From Fimbriosthenelais zetlandica (lineage: Eukaryota), in NCBI GenBank assembly GCA_977030845.1, contig OZ365114.1, positions 17,112,001 through 17,176,000 of the forward strand: a stretch of 64,000 nucleotides of DNA, written 5' to 3'. The position numbers and the translations under genes were made by a program. The notes under the pieces are model-generated. The model worked only from the letters and a program-made list of their open reading frames with translations, was not told where the DNA came from and searched no databases. Positions 54,401 to 64,000 of the stretch are shown here, piece after piece; position 1 is the first letter of the stretch; each line of letters opens with the position of its first letter.

Positions 54401-57400
54401 TAGCTGTTAGTTGGTCTGTCACTCATGATGGACTGTAACCTTGGTGTACAGCTTGTCCTCTACCCGCTCTACCCTCACTGTCACTAAACATACAGCCACT
54501 AGACACCGCCACCAATCATGCTCCACCTCCGGAACCGGAAGGAGGACGGCAAGTGACGTGAACGCTGATAAATGGTGTCTTCCGGGGGACGTGGGTCGGG
54601 TTAGAGATGGCAACGTGGGTTCCCAACCCAGTGAAAGATGGTCGAAACCTTTACAGCAACACAGCCCCTCATAAATCTCATCCCCTGTCAGTGACAGATT
54701 CCTATGTACACCCATTGAATCCCTTTCTTGATTTCCGTAAAGCCTTTGATAAAGACTTCCTTCCATCCAGCGCCTGTTCCATCATGTTCCCTTGTCTCTG
54801 CCACTATTCCATTGCTCAATCTCATCCTCTGTGGTGTGGGGATAGGAGCCTGTGCGAGTTTTGAAAGGGGTCAGGAAGAGGGGTACATGGCTTGTATAAC
54901 AGATATGTCGAGCTTAAGCAAAGTGAGACAGATGTGTCTATGCTGATAGAGCCCCGCTGCTTGCATTAGCACTCCCTGAATAAAAGATCAGCAGTCGCTT
55001 TCCCCTTCCTTTATACCCTCAACCATCGTGTATTTAACATAGAAGTCCATGGACTCGCTGTTTGAGGCATTTACTATGCTGCTTTGACCAGAGGTTGGCT
55101 TAGAATATATTGTTAGCTCGTACTAGAGTGATATAGCCTCACTGTGCACAATCACGCCTCCCTCAATCATCTTGAAGACCGGGCCACATGCAAATCTGCC
55201 CTCAACATGTACGTCTGGTGTATATGAATTGATTTGAGACCTTGGAACATAGACAAGAGTTAGAGGAAAAAGAGTACAGCCATATTCTAGGCCATTCCAT
55301 GTCTTCAAACACAGTCATGTTGCTTACTAATAATAAAGCTTTTTGGTCTGCTTATTCCTTATTGGTTAACAACATCTGAGGTTATGACCAGAAATATATT
55401 TTTTGCACCATCAGCCTCTGAGCTGAGTTGCATGGTAATCCGATATTAACCGGGGTTACATTATTTAGCACCAGGCTAATGAGATCCTTCATTCTCACGA
55501 GCCATAACCATTAGTATCCTTTGATGGTAAAACATTTTTTTTTGGTTCTTCTGTAACCGGCGATGGTCTATTCTAGTCGTGCGGCAGAAAAAGTTCCGTC
55601 TTCTCGTGCTTCTTATCGATTACCGTGAGAGTATTCAAGTCTGAAGCCCTAGTATTTTGATGTATTTGTTTCCCTATCACTTTGTTCTTGTATGTGCGAT
55701 CGCCCATCATTTTGAGTCACAGATGATCGCTGTAACAAGACCAATGATTTTTATTCAAAAGCCCAAAATTGAAATATAGTGAAATGAATACGTTTCCAGT
55801 CATCATTGGAGACAAAGGACTGAGCAACTCCGGTATGTGAGCTGAGGTGAATGGATAGTTGCTCCACTGTTAAGATAACGTTACTGAGTGTTTATGTCAC
55901 TCGTGATTAGCAGTGGGAAATGAAGACATAGTGTTGTTGTGTTGATTAGTATTCAGCCCCAAGACCAGCCATCTGTCACAAAGCTAACTGCTGCTGGCTG
56001 TCCCGGATACAAGTACATCAGGCTGAATGCTTATTGCTTCAAAATTCCCTCCAGGCATTTTGTTCCATACATATATCATTATAGTATTGCACCTGGCCAG
56101 TTCATTCAGATTCTGATAGAAATCAATTTGGAAGTGGGTTTATTCCTATTGATAGACCAGAGTTTTGGCTTAATCTGTTCATCAGTCTTAATTTTAAGGT
56201 GAGAATGAACTTCCAAGGGTAAGGAGATGGTGTTAGTACTGTGGTGTTAGTCCTGGTTGGAGCACACATTGGATCCGATCAGCTGATGGACTGTAACAAA
56301 AAACCCTGTATGTATGGCTAACTGCCAGCTCACTCATCCCCCGCTGCCTCTACACGTTTGTTACCCCCTTATCTCAGCAGGACCCTAGCTTCAAACTCCC
56401 TCCTTCTATTGCTTCAAATAGGATCTTACTTGGGTCCACTTTCTCTCATATTCAAAGCCAATTTGATATATTGAATACAGACAAAGATATATTTTAGGAT
56501 ACAAGCTTATTGATGTGTCATAGCAGTAGAGCCCTACCAAACGTTTATATCATTGCATGGGGTCTAGTTTTTGTAGTTCGGATAGGGTGTAAAAATGCGC
56601 TAAAACCAGATATGTGCGATGCCAAGAAAGAGTTATCTGAAAATCAAACGCAGTTCCGGCAAACTGCCTGCCATAGCCAGAATATTTTTGCTTGATGTAT
56701 TGGAGCCCTTCCTGTTAGAAGGACCCATGACCTTGTTCTGCACGTTTTGTCCACTATACATTAACTAAAGCCTACCCCAGCTGTTAATCTATTTTATATG
56801 TTGACGTCATCGTTTGATATTGCTAGGATTCCACCTTTATACTTCCATCTCCATGACGTCATGCTTCCACCTGGCTCTGTTTTGTATCTTTATCACAAGA
56901 TCAAAACCCTCCTAATACGTAGTTTTATCTTTTATTGTGAGTTCTTGTATTTACCTTTGAACTCCAATAGACCTATTACAAGAGGTTGCGTTTCAGAAAT
57001 CTTAGTCTTAAAATCTGAGACGTAAAAAAATGTGTCAGCATCTTGGTAGATATTCAGGGTGTTGCACAATCCAGCAAGCATGCGTGAATCCTGATTTTCA
57101 AGCGAACCTTCAGAATAAATTGTTTCAAACCCCAATATTTATTAATTGATTCTCAGGCTGATTGAGGATTGTTGAAATGCTGTAGGATGTTCGGGACTGT
57201 GTAGATGAGAAGTTGAAAGGCTCGATACTCGGAAGGTACCAGGTGTGTTACTACCCCCCCCCCCCCCACCCCCTCCTCCAGATCAGCTGCTCTCACTTCC
57301 CCACTAGACTGGATCTTTATGAGAGAGCAATACAACCCTCATCTGCCCACACCATACGTCACCACACACTCCACCGACACGAGAATATAATCCAAGCACG

Positions 57401-60400
57401 TCTTCTTCAGCCTGAAAATGTCAGAAGTTCACAAGCACCTGCCCGTCTAATTGGGGGAGATGAGTCTGGTTTGGGAGTGATTTTTGATAGAGCGCATCAG
57501 GCGTTAAGCTTGTGGGGATTACCACTTCTACCAAAACATAAACACTGAACTACTCCTCTACCTCTCTAACTTACTGATAAAAAGTGAGAGGAGAGGAGTG
57601 GAGGATAGAGTCAAGTCAAACAGACTCGAGTGTTCCTGGGTTATCTGCATGAGGAGCCCCATCCATTTCCAGACCTAAACCTAGTCTTGTTAAATAATCT
57701 GAAAATGTAGATCAGTGAAAATAATGGCGGGCTATGAGAGGACCAATGTTTCTAGGCAGAGAGAAGTCCTAACTAAGGTGGTAAGGTGGTCAATGCCCCT
57801 ATACCACTCTACCAATGACCCTAGTCAAGTGTCCCTCGGATCATTTCCTGTACTTTAAGCTTGATTCCATCCACTCCTTCTCATGGTAGTTTCTGAGAGG
57901 GTCTCAGGATGCTTTCTGAGAGGGTTTCAGGATGGCCGGAGTCTGAGAGGGACTCTGGTAGGTCTCTAAGAATCTTAGGGCGGTTCCTGTTTCAGTTTAG
58001 GAGAGGTTCTCAAGGCGTGTCTTATGGTTTACAGTCTGAGAAAGTCACAGCTTGGTTTCCCGTGAGGGTTTCAGGATAATTTCTGAGGTCTTGGGGGCAA
58101 TTATAGATGTTAATACAATACATACATACAATATAAACTTTCATGTTTGAGAGGCCCACACTTAGGACTCTGACTCAGGTTCAGAACTCTGTAAATATAC
58201 CCTAATCACTGGACAGATCTTAGGTGCAGTTGAAAAAGAAGCAAGACGTAGAGGAGTTGACAGATTCCATTAACAAGCTTGTTGAGACGCCTCCCAGCCC
58301 ATCATTTCACTCATGTCTGGAGGTTACCTTAGGGTTGGCTAATTTGTTCATGGGCTGGGCGTCCGGAACACAATCAGTCTGAGGTACCTACAGGCACATC
58401 CCTCACCCCACAATTACTGTACATCTGGAGATGTATGGTGATTGTATACTTACTGAAATACAAGAGAAAACGACCGCAATAACAACCTGATTAACACTGT
58501 TGTGGGACGGAAAGGGAGGTCTAAAGATTGAGAAACAAAGTGGAATGGGCCGGTGAAGAATCTTTAAAGGTATAGCCCAAAAGAAGGACAAGATAGAGAG
58601 ATGCAAAAAAATAAAAAAAAAATGGCCGCCGGTTGTGGTATGTGGATTGTAGGAGGTAACTTAGACAGCTTTTGTAGACTGATTTTTTCCGTAAAATGTA
58701 GACGGCTGTGAAGAAGAAAGAAGACTGTAGATTATGATGAAGGTTGAGCATGGTGGTGGATGACTGGGGCCTGGCCTTCATGTCCATCTCTTTCTACTCG
58801 TACCCGTCACTCGCTAACCATTGTGAATTCACCTTGGCCACTTGCCATTTACCCCCACCTAAACACCAACACATGCCGGTCTAGAATACCTTAAACCACG
58901 GAAATAAACACTAGATGTATATAAAGGCGGACTATAATATATTCTGTGCCAACCTGTGTTCACAGCAATGTCTCAAAGGCTTTTTATGTGTTGAGCCAAT
59001 GGAGGTGTATTGTGAAGACAATGTGGCACGGAGTATTACTGGTTAACACACAGGCTGGTGAGCACATGTTCACCACCATGAGCTGCTCATTAGTGATGAC
59101 AGACGTTAAATCATGAATGGTCATGACTGAGGATACAATACCCGCTATGTCTGCATGTTATTGACTGACAGACCAACAGAACATGGAAGATGGACAGACA
59201 GGAGCTCAAAACAAGACAGGTGATGGTCAGGTGGGAAATCAAGACAGGAATTGCATGCTTGGCATCTGGACTTCCGCATCCCTGTATAATCCGCTTGTAT
59301 AATTGACAAGCATTTCCATGATACCCTGACCAATTCCCATGCACTTGACTCCTAACCTTGAAATATTGAGAAATGAAGAAGTAATGCAGCGTGAAGCAAC
59401 CATGTGTTTGACATCCCAGGCTGGTGGAGGGAATGGGACTAGAATACCAATATGTTCTACCGCTGACAGGTCTGTGGGAGGGGGCTGTATATGTTAAACC
59501 ATCACCCGCTGGCTACACATGCTCTTTGCTGCTCCCATGTGTCTACCCTCCACCGATCCAACCCCTCGTCCCCTCCCTGGTCAGAAACCCTGGAGGGTTC
59601 TACTTTCAGAGCCTAAATTCTTCTACAGTCCATAATTCATCCTATATGAAAAATGTCCTGGCAGATCCTATTTTGCCTTAGCATTTCACACCTTGACTTA
59701 TATCTATTTTTATTTTCCCCAAATATTGTAGTATGATCCGAGACAAACTATTCAAAATAATGTTAATTGCAATCAATTTAACTCCAAATGGTGCCTTGTT
59801 TTGCCACCTGAGAGTGGCCTATCTTGTATCGTTGTTAGGAGACCTGCTGTACGTGTGTAGCATCTCTGGCAGGACTAACTTTGATCATGTGTCAGCCATG
59901 ATAAGAAGTTTCAGTCTCGGGTATCTGGACTTCCGCATCCCTGACAGAATTGGGTGAAGGTGGGCGATGGGATGTGGCTCTGGATTTATTGACAATTTGT
60001 ACAACATCCTTGGCTCTTTTATAAGCACTGAATTACCCTCGTCCCTGTCTCCCCAAAATTAAGCGCCAACTGAAAGAACATAGAGATTGTTTCACTTTGC
60101 TATATTGAATCATAATAAACTGTGGGTTTTGGTTCATATTGATGTTCCTCTCTTGCAGACACTATTGCCAGCGTCGGAGACGGAGCCGTGTGGATGGTGG
60201 CAAGCACGGATAAAAATGCTGAAGGGCGAGTTTACAGTGGTCGAGTTTGGAGAGTGGGATAAAGCTAGGACCGAAATTGTGAGAGTAGAACATATTAGGC
60301 CCGTCAATAGAAAGTAAGTATTTGTAGAAGATATGCTTGAATTAATACTTGCAAGGGAAAACATGTACATATTTCTTAAATAATATAATAAATTCTGTAT

Positions 60401-63377
60401 TAAAATACTCGAAATATGTAAGGAAATTTAGGTAGTAATACATTTGTTATTTTTGCAAACTTTAATCAAATTAAATCTACTCAGAATGTGTTAAAATGAA
60501 TATGCCCAAAACAGATACCGGTACACATTTGTTTGAGACAAGCCAAGCTCTTATTTTCACCGTTAATGTTCATTTTTCACTCTTTCAGTCCTCCAATAAA
60601 CAACAATACATTTTACCGGTGTGTAGTAGAAGTACCGGGGGATCTCAGGGACATGTAAGTACACTGCTACATCTATATTTATTTAAGCTTCAGCTATCAT
60701 TAGTTCCATTCAATTTCCATGGAGTTTTATGTTCTTGCTATTCGCAAGTGCAAGGACTTCAAGGGTCAGACATAGTATACAAATGTACTTGAAAACTGGC
60801 TAATTCTTTACGCTCTTATCATCTTGCAGCTGTTCAGAAGATGGAGCTTTTGCTGATCTTAAAAAAGCTTGTGGTGCTGCCCTGCTTAGTTACAACGCTC
60901 CCCAGAATAATGTCACAGTAATTGTAAGTATAAAATCTATGTCAGTTAACTATTTCAATAACTATGGTTTGAGCTCTGATTGAATAGCCATTCTAGATGC
61001 TAATTTGTTATTTGACTGTCGTTTATTTGTCGACCTGTTAAATCTTACAGTCTACAGATGAAATGGTAATAAAGCGAGCCACAATGTTGGCAGATCGCCA
61101 TCTGCGGAACCTGCGACAGAAAATGCTTATCAAGCAGCGCACAGAAGAAGCCTCCAAAAAGTTAGAAGTCAGTCTGGTACGTTAGAGAACTCTATTATCA
61201 TCTACAAAGTACAATGATTTTAATACTTTTCTTATTCTAATTGTACCTGAATTTGAATTTTTAGAATACAAAGCAGATGTCGAGGACGGGTCACACTTGT
61301 GAGTTTTCGGTGCGGGAGGAGTTGATGGGACTTGCTATTGGTACACACGGAGCTAACATCATGCAGGCTCGTAAGGTAGAGGGTATCACTGCCATCGACC
61401 TCGATGAGAGCACGTGTACATTCAAAGTCTTCGGCGAAGTAAGCAGTCTACATGTTTTGAAAATATTTTGGACTTAATACCCAGGCATGATTATAGTAGA
61501 AAGTGAAGGAAACTTACTGATAACTTTTATCTTTTTTTCCAGTCTGAACAAGCAGTTACCTCAGCTAGGAATATGTTGGAATTTTCAGAAGACAAATTCC
61601 CTGTACCTAGAGAATTAACAGGTAATGCCTCTTGATTGTCTTAATGCAAGATTGAGATATCCTTATTCAGTTTAAAGTACTGTATTAGCATATCTGAACT
61701 TGTCTCATTTATATTTATGGCTTCTATTTCTAGCTAAAGTAATAGGACGAAATGGTCGGAATATACAAGATATTGTTGACAAATCTGGGGTTGTCAGAGT
61801 GAAAATAGAAGGGGACCGGGAAAGGGAGGTGGATATCGAACCTCCCGAGGGAAGCCAGGAGGTAAGCATCACCTACTATTGTCATCACACTTGAAGGTTT
61901 CCTCAAGCTTCCTCTATCATAACAATATCTTACTTCTCCCATTCAGGGTACAGTGCCTTTTGTGTTCGTGGGAACGGTTGAGAGTATCAGTAATGCCAAA
62001 CTAATGCTGGACTTCCACATAGCACACCTGCGGGTAAGCCTTTCACAATCATCATACTCATACTCTTGTTAATTGGAACCGAGACAGAGTTTACAAAATA
62101 ATTATCCATGTACTAAGGATCTTGTCCATAAATTTCAGTAATAGAAATCTAAGAAATCTAAGATAGCTGATTTTAGCCATGGTCTGTTTGTACAGGAAGT
62201 GGAACACTTACGTCAGGAGATGATGGAACTTGACCAACAGTTACGGAGTATGAACGTCAACAGTAACGCTCCTCAAGGCAATTACTTCCCTCCACCCAGA
62301 GAGCGCAGGTGAGTACCTCCTCAGCTGCTTCTAGGGTTCCATCTGGGAGCTGACATACCCAGTAATATATCTCCCAAAGTAGAAGGATATCAATGTAATC
62401 GTTCCGCCTTTTCCTTTCCTTCACAGAGGCTCGTATGATCCGTACGGGACGGATCGTCCGGGAGGAGGTCGTGGCCGGGGTCGAGGCCGTGGTCGAGGTG
62501 CTCGACGCTGGGGGAATGACCGACACGCCGCTGCTATAGCTGGTATGTCTCTGTACATTGTGTAAATACACTGACTGATACCTTGTCTTTTTTCCCTCTG
62601 AGGAGTACCTTAGAATGGGTAGAAACTATGATGCTCTTCTCTTGTGTTATTTTTTGTGTTATCTCTGAAAATGTTGCAAGTGGAACTGCAAACAATCATT
62701 CTAAACCCATCCAAATTTTGAAACCAGGCTGAGCAGAATGCTTGTAAAGATGGCTGTGACACTGCGGCCGTTATTAGTGGCGCTGGCTGTTCTGAGCCCC
62801 ATCATCACTGAACACAGCATGCCTCGGTTAAGGTGCTCTGTGCTCTATGTTGCACGAGTCTCATTTAGTTAAGAATTAATTCAAATTCTTTCTGGTCTAC
62901 TCACTGATTTGGGATTTGCTTTCATTAATAGTTTTCCTTTGATTCCACTTTTCACCTTTCCGTGCATTTGCTTTTGTGATGGCCCAAATTCATTCATCTT
63001 ACTAGTATATCAAGACAAATCGTCATTTCTTTGTCGTCCACAATTTTTCCCCTTGCCACAGATCTTGTTAATAAAAAAGCTTTGTCTATTTGCAACATTG
63101 AAAAGAAGCATGAGATCTTGAGACCTGTAGCTTGATTAAGACTACTCTATGATTAATTCGAGTCTGTGAGCATTTTGAGCGAACATATTGCCAATAACTT
63201 CTGAAGGTGATGCTCTGACCCAGCAACCAGCTATTGCTGATTGGTCTGACGCCGTGGCTGAGGAAGAACAGCAGGAAGGTTACTATACGGATAGTATGCT
63301 GGGCAACCGGCCCCGGCGACGAGGCTGGGGTCGGGGTGGCCGTAAGTACTCGCTGGGTGGGTCGGCTCGCGACCTTG
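14208..63377 (+). CDS. FMR1: Fragile X messenger ribonucleoprotein (Fmr1/FXR family), 14 coding exons traced (1504 nt); 3' end unresolved
   Basis: Exons: 14208-14258, 15166-15218, 15342-15441, 60159-60313, 60589-60654, 60830-60923, 61051-61167, 61265-61438, 61543-61621, 61734-61861, 61947-62033, 62196-62308, 62427-62542, 63207-63377. All are GT-AG with consistent phase. Motifs: [34 protein letters not shown]1 [35 protein letters not shown]2 [63 protein letters not shown] box [13 protein letters not shown]. Exon lengths 51/53/94/117/79/87 match human FMR1 exon lengths as I recall them. The acceptor of the last traced exon (AAG at 63206) is weak. Confidence 0.93.
14598..14720 (-). mobile_element. 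Possible tRNA-derived SINE fragment in Fmr1 intron 1
   Basis: Pol III B-box-like GGTTCACATCCC on minus at 14616-14627 in a GC-rich island; no clean A box or tail. Confidence 0.25.
19002..19015. promoter_or_regulatory. RFX X-box motif GTTGCTATGGTAAC
   Basis: Matches the RFX X-box consensus GTNRCC/T-AT-RGYAAC; exact reverse complement of the site at 30755. Confidence 0.5.
23300..24109 (-). mobile_element. Decayed Ty3/Gypsy-like remnant: integrase C-terminal GPY/F segment, polypurine tract and probable 3' LTR
   Basis: Minus-strand frame 23906..24109 contains [16 protein letters not shown] (GPY/F-like). It is followed by purine-rich GGGAAGGCAGG abutting TGTTAG (putative LTR start at 23857), then LTR-like non-coding sequence. 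The far LTR end is not defined, so the start coordinate is approximate. Confidence 0.38.
30755..30768. promoter_or_regulatory. RFX X-box motif GTTACCATAGCAAC
   Basis: Near-perfect X-box in a GC-rich block that also has a CACGTG E-box (about 30829). Confidence 0.5.
33938..33960. promoter_or_regulatory. Overlapping double RFX X-box (GTTACCATAGAAAC / GAAACCATGGTAAC)
   Basis: Two overlapping X-box matches plus a GTTGCTAA half-site about 20 nt upstream. Confidence 0.5.
37183..37214 (+). other. Candidate recursive splice site (ratchet point, zero-length exon)
   Basis: TAACTTTTGATTCCTTCTTTTGCAG|GTGAGT: branch-like TAAC, pyrimidine tract and CAG (37206-37208), followed immediately by a consensus donor GTGAGT (37209-37214), on the Fmr1 sense strand. 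Confidence 0.55.
42205..42570 (+). repeat. Purine/G-rich low-complexity tract with canonical G-quadruplex patterns
   Basis: GGGTGGAAGGGTGAGGGAAGGG (42211-42232) and GGGTAAGGGAGGAGGGAGAAGGGTGGG (42292-42318) fit G3N1-7 x4. Confidence 0.7.
46949..47476 (+). pseudogene. Possible highly decayed retroelement coding fragment (LINE APE-endonuclease-like words)
   Basis: 176 codons with a single stop (ORF-track 46949..47164 and 47165..47476 are in the same frame) containing IIIYRPP and LDHRLIR. Motif spacing is much shorter than in an intact endonuclease. Confidence 0.22.
48014..48086 (+). repeat. 26-bp tandem repeat, about 2.8 copies (ATAACGCTCATCAGGCGTCATTAAAC)
   Basis: Units start at 48014, 48040 and 48066, with a few substitutions. 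Confidence 0.9.
50030..50235 (+). repeat. Left subterminal repeats of the CACAG element
   Basis: Recurring CAGTTAAATTGACTAAG and TTTTGTCCGAACC(C)TTTTGA units. Confidence 0.8.
50490..51235 (+). repeat. Diverged direct duplication (about 300-340 bp x2) inside the CACAG element
   Basis: About 50490-50830 versus 50930-51235 share CATCATATAGACTT..AAGTACAATATAA, TACTTGAATTATTTATCCTGA, GTGATATTTGGTATTTCAGG and TTATCAAAATGTTATGAAATCAAATAT in the same order. Confidence 0.88.
52500..52629 (+). repeat. Right subterminal 20-bp tandem repeats (TTTGACTAGGTGTCTAACCC) of the CACAG element
   Basis: Three near-identical consecutive units at about 52565-52627 plus inverted related copies at about 52505-52545. 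Confidence 0.88.
54374..55039 (+). mobile_element. Solo-LTR-like segment (Gypsy-type ends)
   Basis: Starts TGTAACG, ends TTAACA, and has AATAAAA about 55 nt before the end. There is no target-site duplication (CGGG versus TAGA) and no PBS after it. Confidence 0.33.
57890..58087 (+). repeat. Degenerate tandem repeat of about 23 bp (TTTCTGAGAGGGTTTCAGGAT)
   Basis: Two near-identical units at 57890 and 57913, with decayed copies to about 58087. Confidence 0.75.
60159..63377 (+). CDS. FMR1: Fmr1 exons 4-14 (Agenet 2, KH0, KH1, KH2, NES region, RGG box)
   Basis: Continuous spliced frame from [14 protein letters not shown] through both GxxG KH loops (GTHG, GRNG) to RGG-rich exons; partly visible in ORF-track entries 60087..60317, 61277..61477, 61700..61894 and 63188..63451. 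Confidence 0.95.
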
Positions 63378-64000
63378 GTGAGTGCCTCTGTACATTATAT
63401 CAGCATGAGCTTCTCCTCCTCCAAAATCACCCGACCCTTCCCCGGGAGTGATTCACACCAAAAATGTGCTACCTAAGACAATTTTAAGTCTATGGTAGCA
63501 CATGTTTCATGTGAAACACCCCCGATTACCGTCCTTTTAATGCCGCTCTTTAATACAGAGGAAACGTATAGCTGATGAGCCTGCTCAGCATAGGGTATTC
63601 CAATATGTACTGACATATCTGAACTCAAAACCACAGACACTTCGATTTTAAACTATCTTGATCTATTGGGAGTAAAGTGTGAGTATAGGCATATCAGCTA
63701 TATGAGAAAATCCACATCAAATTTACTCAGCTGAGCTTTAATGTGCATGCTACTTGCTTATTTCTTATTTTTATTTAGGTAACTGACACCTGCTTGATAT
63801 TCATTAGTTCTGGCTGCTGCTATCTTTGCATGATATGAGCCCTGACGTTGATTCAGACAATGACAAGATATTGTGTCATGTCTATGGCTTCATTGTTCAT
63901 TTCCATGTGGCCAGGAAATGAAGACGTCATCTGTAATCTAATTAAGGCCATTTCCATCTTGGAAGCAGGAATATGAATGTTGTTGTTCATATTCCAGGCA

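Larger units (their letters stand above)
15442..60158 (+). other. Giant intron 3 of Fmr1 (44,717 nt, phase 0)
   Basis: Donor GAG/GTCAGT at 15441/15442 and acceptor CTCTCTTGCAG/ at 60158. The flanking exons join in frame (..GDDIE|[14 protein letters not shown]) with no missing Fmr1 sequence. Confidence 0.88.

Noticed and set aside
19604-58926. Many TATA-like words (e.g. 19604, 39042, 40570, 44761, 45223, 45674, 58918) suggesting an array of mini transcription units
   Set aside because: TATAAA-type words are expected dozens of times in this AT-rich sequence, and no shared downstream motif or regular spacing was found
15442-60158. Nested SoxB/HMG-box or other intact protein-coding gene inside the intron
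   Set aside because: No RPMNAFMVW-type motif or long ORF found in any frame, and I could not chain minus-strand exons into a gene. A micro-exon gene cannot be fully excluded by eye.
62728-62835. Extra Fmr1 exon or signal-peptide-like ORF ([19 protein letters not shown]) in intron 13
   Set aside because: Weak acceptor, an immediate in-frame TGA in phase 1, and no convincing donor

Overview
Eukaryotic (invertebrate animal) genomic DNA; no prokaryote-type features (no CRISPR, rRNA, or recognisable tRNA). Two spliced genes lie head-to-head, with start codons 274 bp apart. WDR44 (Rab11 effector, minus strand, 23 exons, about 922 aa) was reconstructed completely by hand. Fmr1/Fxr (plus strand, tandem Agenet/Tudor, KH0/KH1/KH2, RGG) has 14 exons traced; its 3' end is unresolved. 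The dominant oddity is Fmr1 intron 3: 44,717 nt, while every other intron in the two gene models is under 1.8 kb. I found no intact nested gene in it. It contains: a near-perfect zero-length-exon (AG|GTGAGT) recursive-splice candidate almost at its midpoint; a 2.6-kb non-autonomous CACAG-ended DNA transposon with remnants of a spliced gene; decayed LTR-retroelement pieces; several RFX X-box matches; G-quadruplex-prone tracts; and enhancer-like unique blocks. Leading hypotheses, all inference: (i) recursive splicing of a giant intron, (ii) Fmr1 as a bystander gene in a genomic regulatory block (ancient Fxr-SoxB1 linkage), (iii) an intronic TE trap or piRNA source. All alignments and comparisons were done by eye or from memory; no searches were run.
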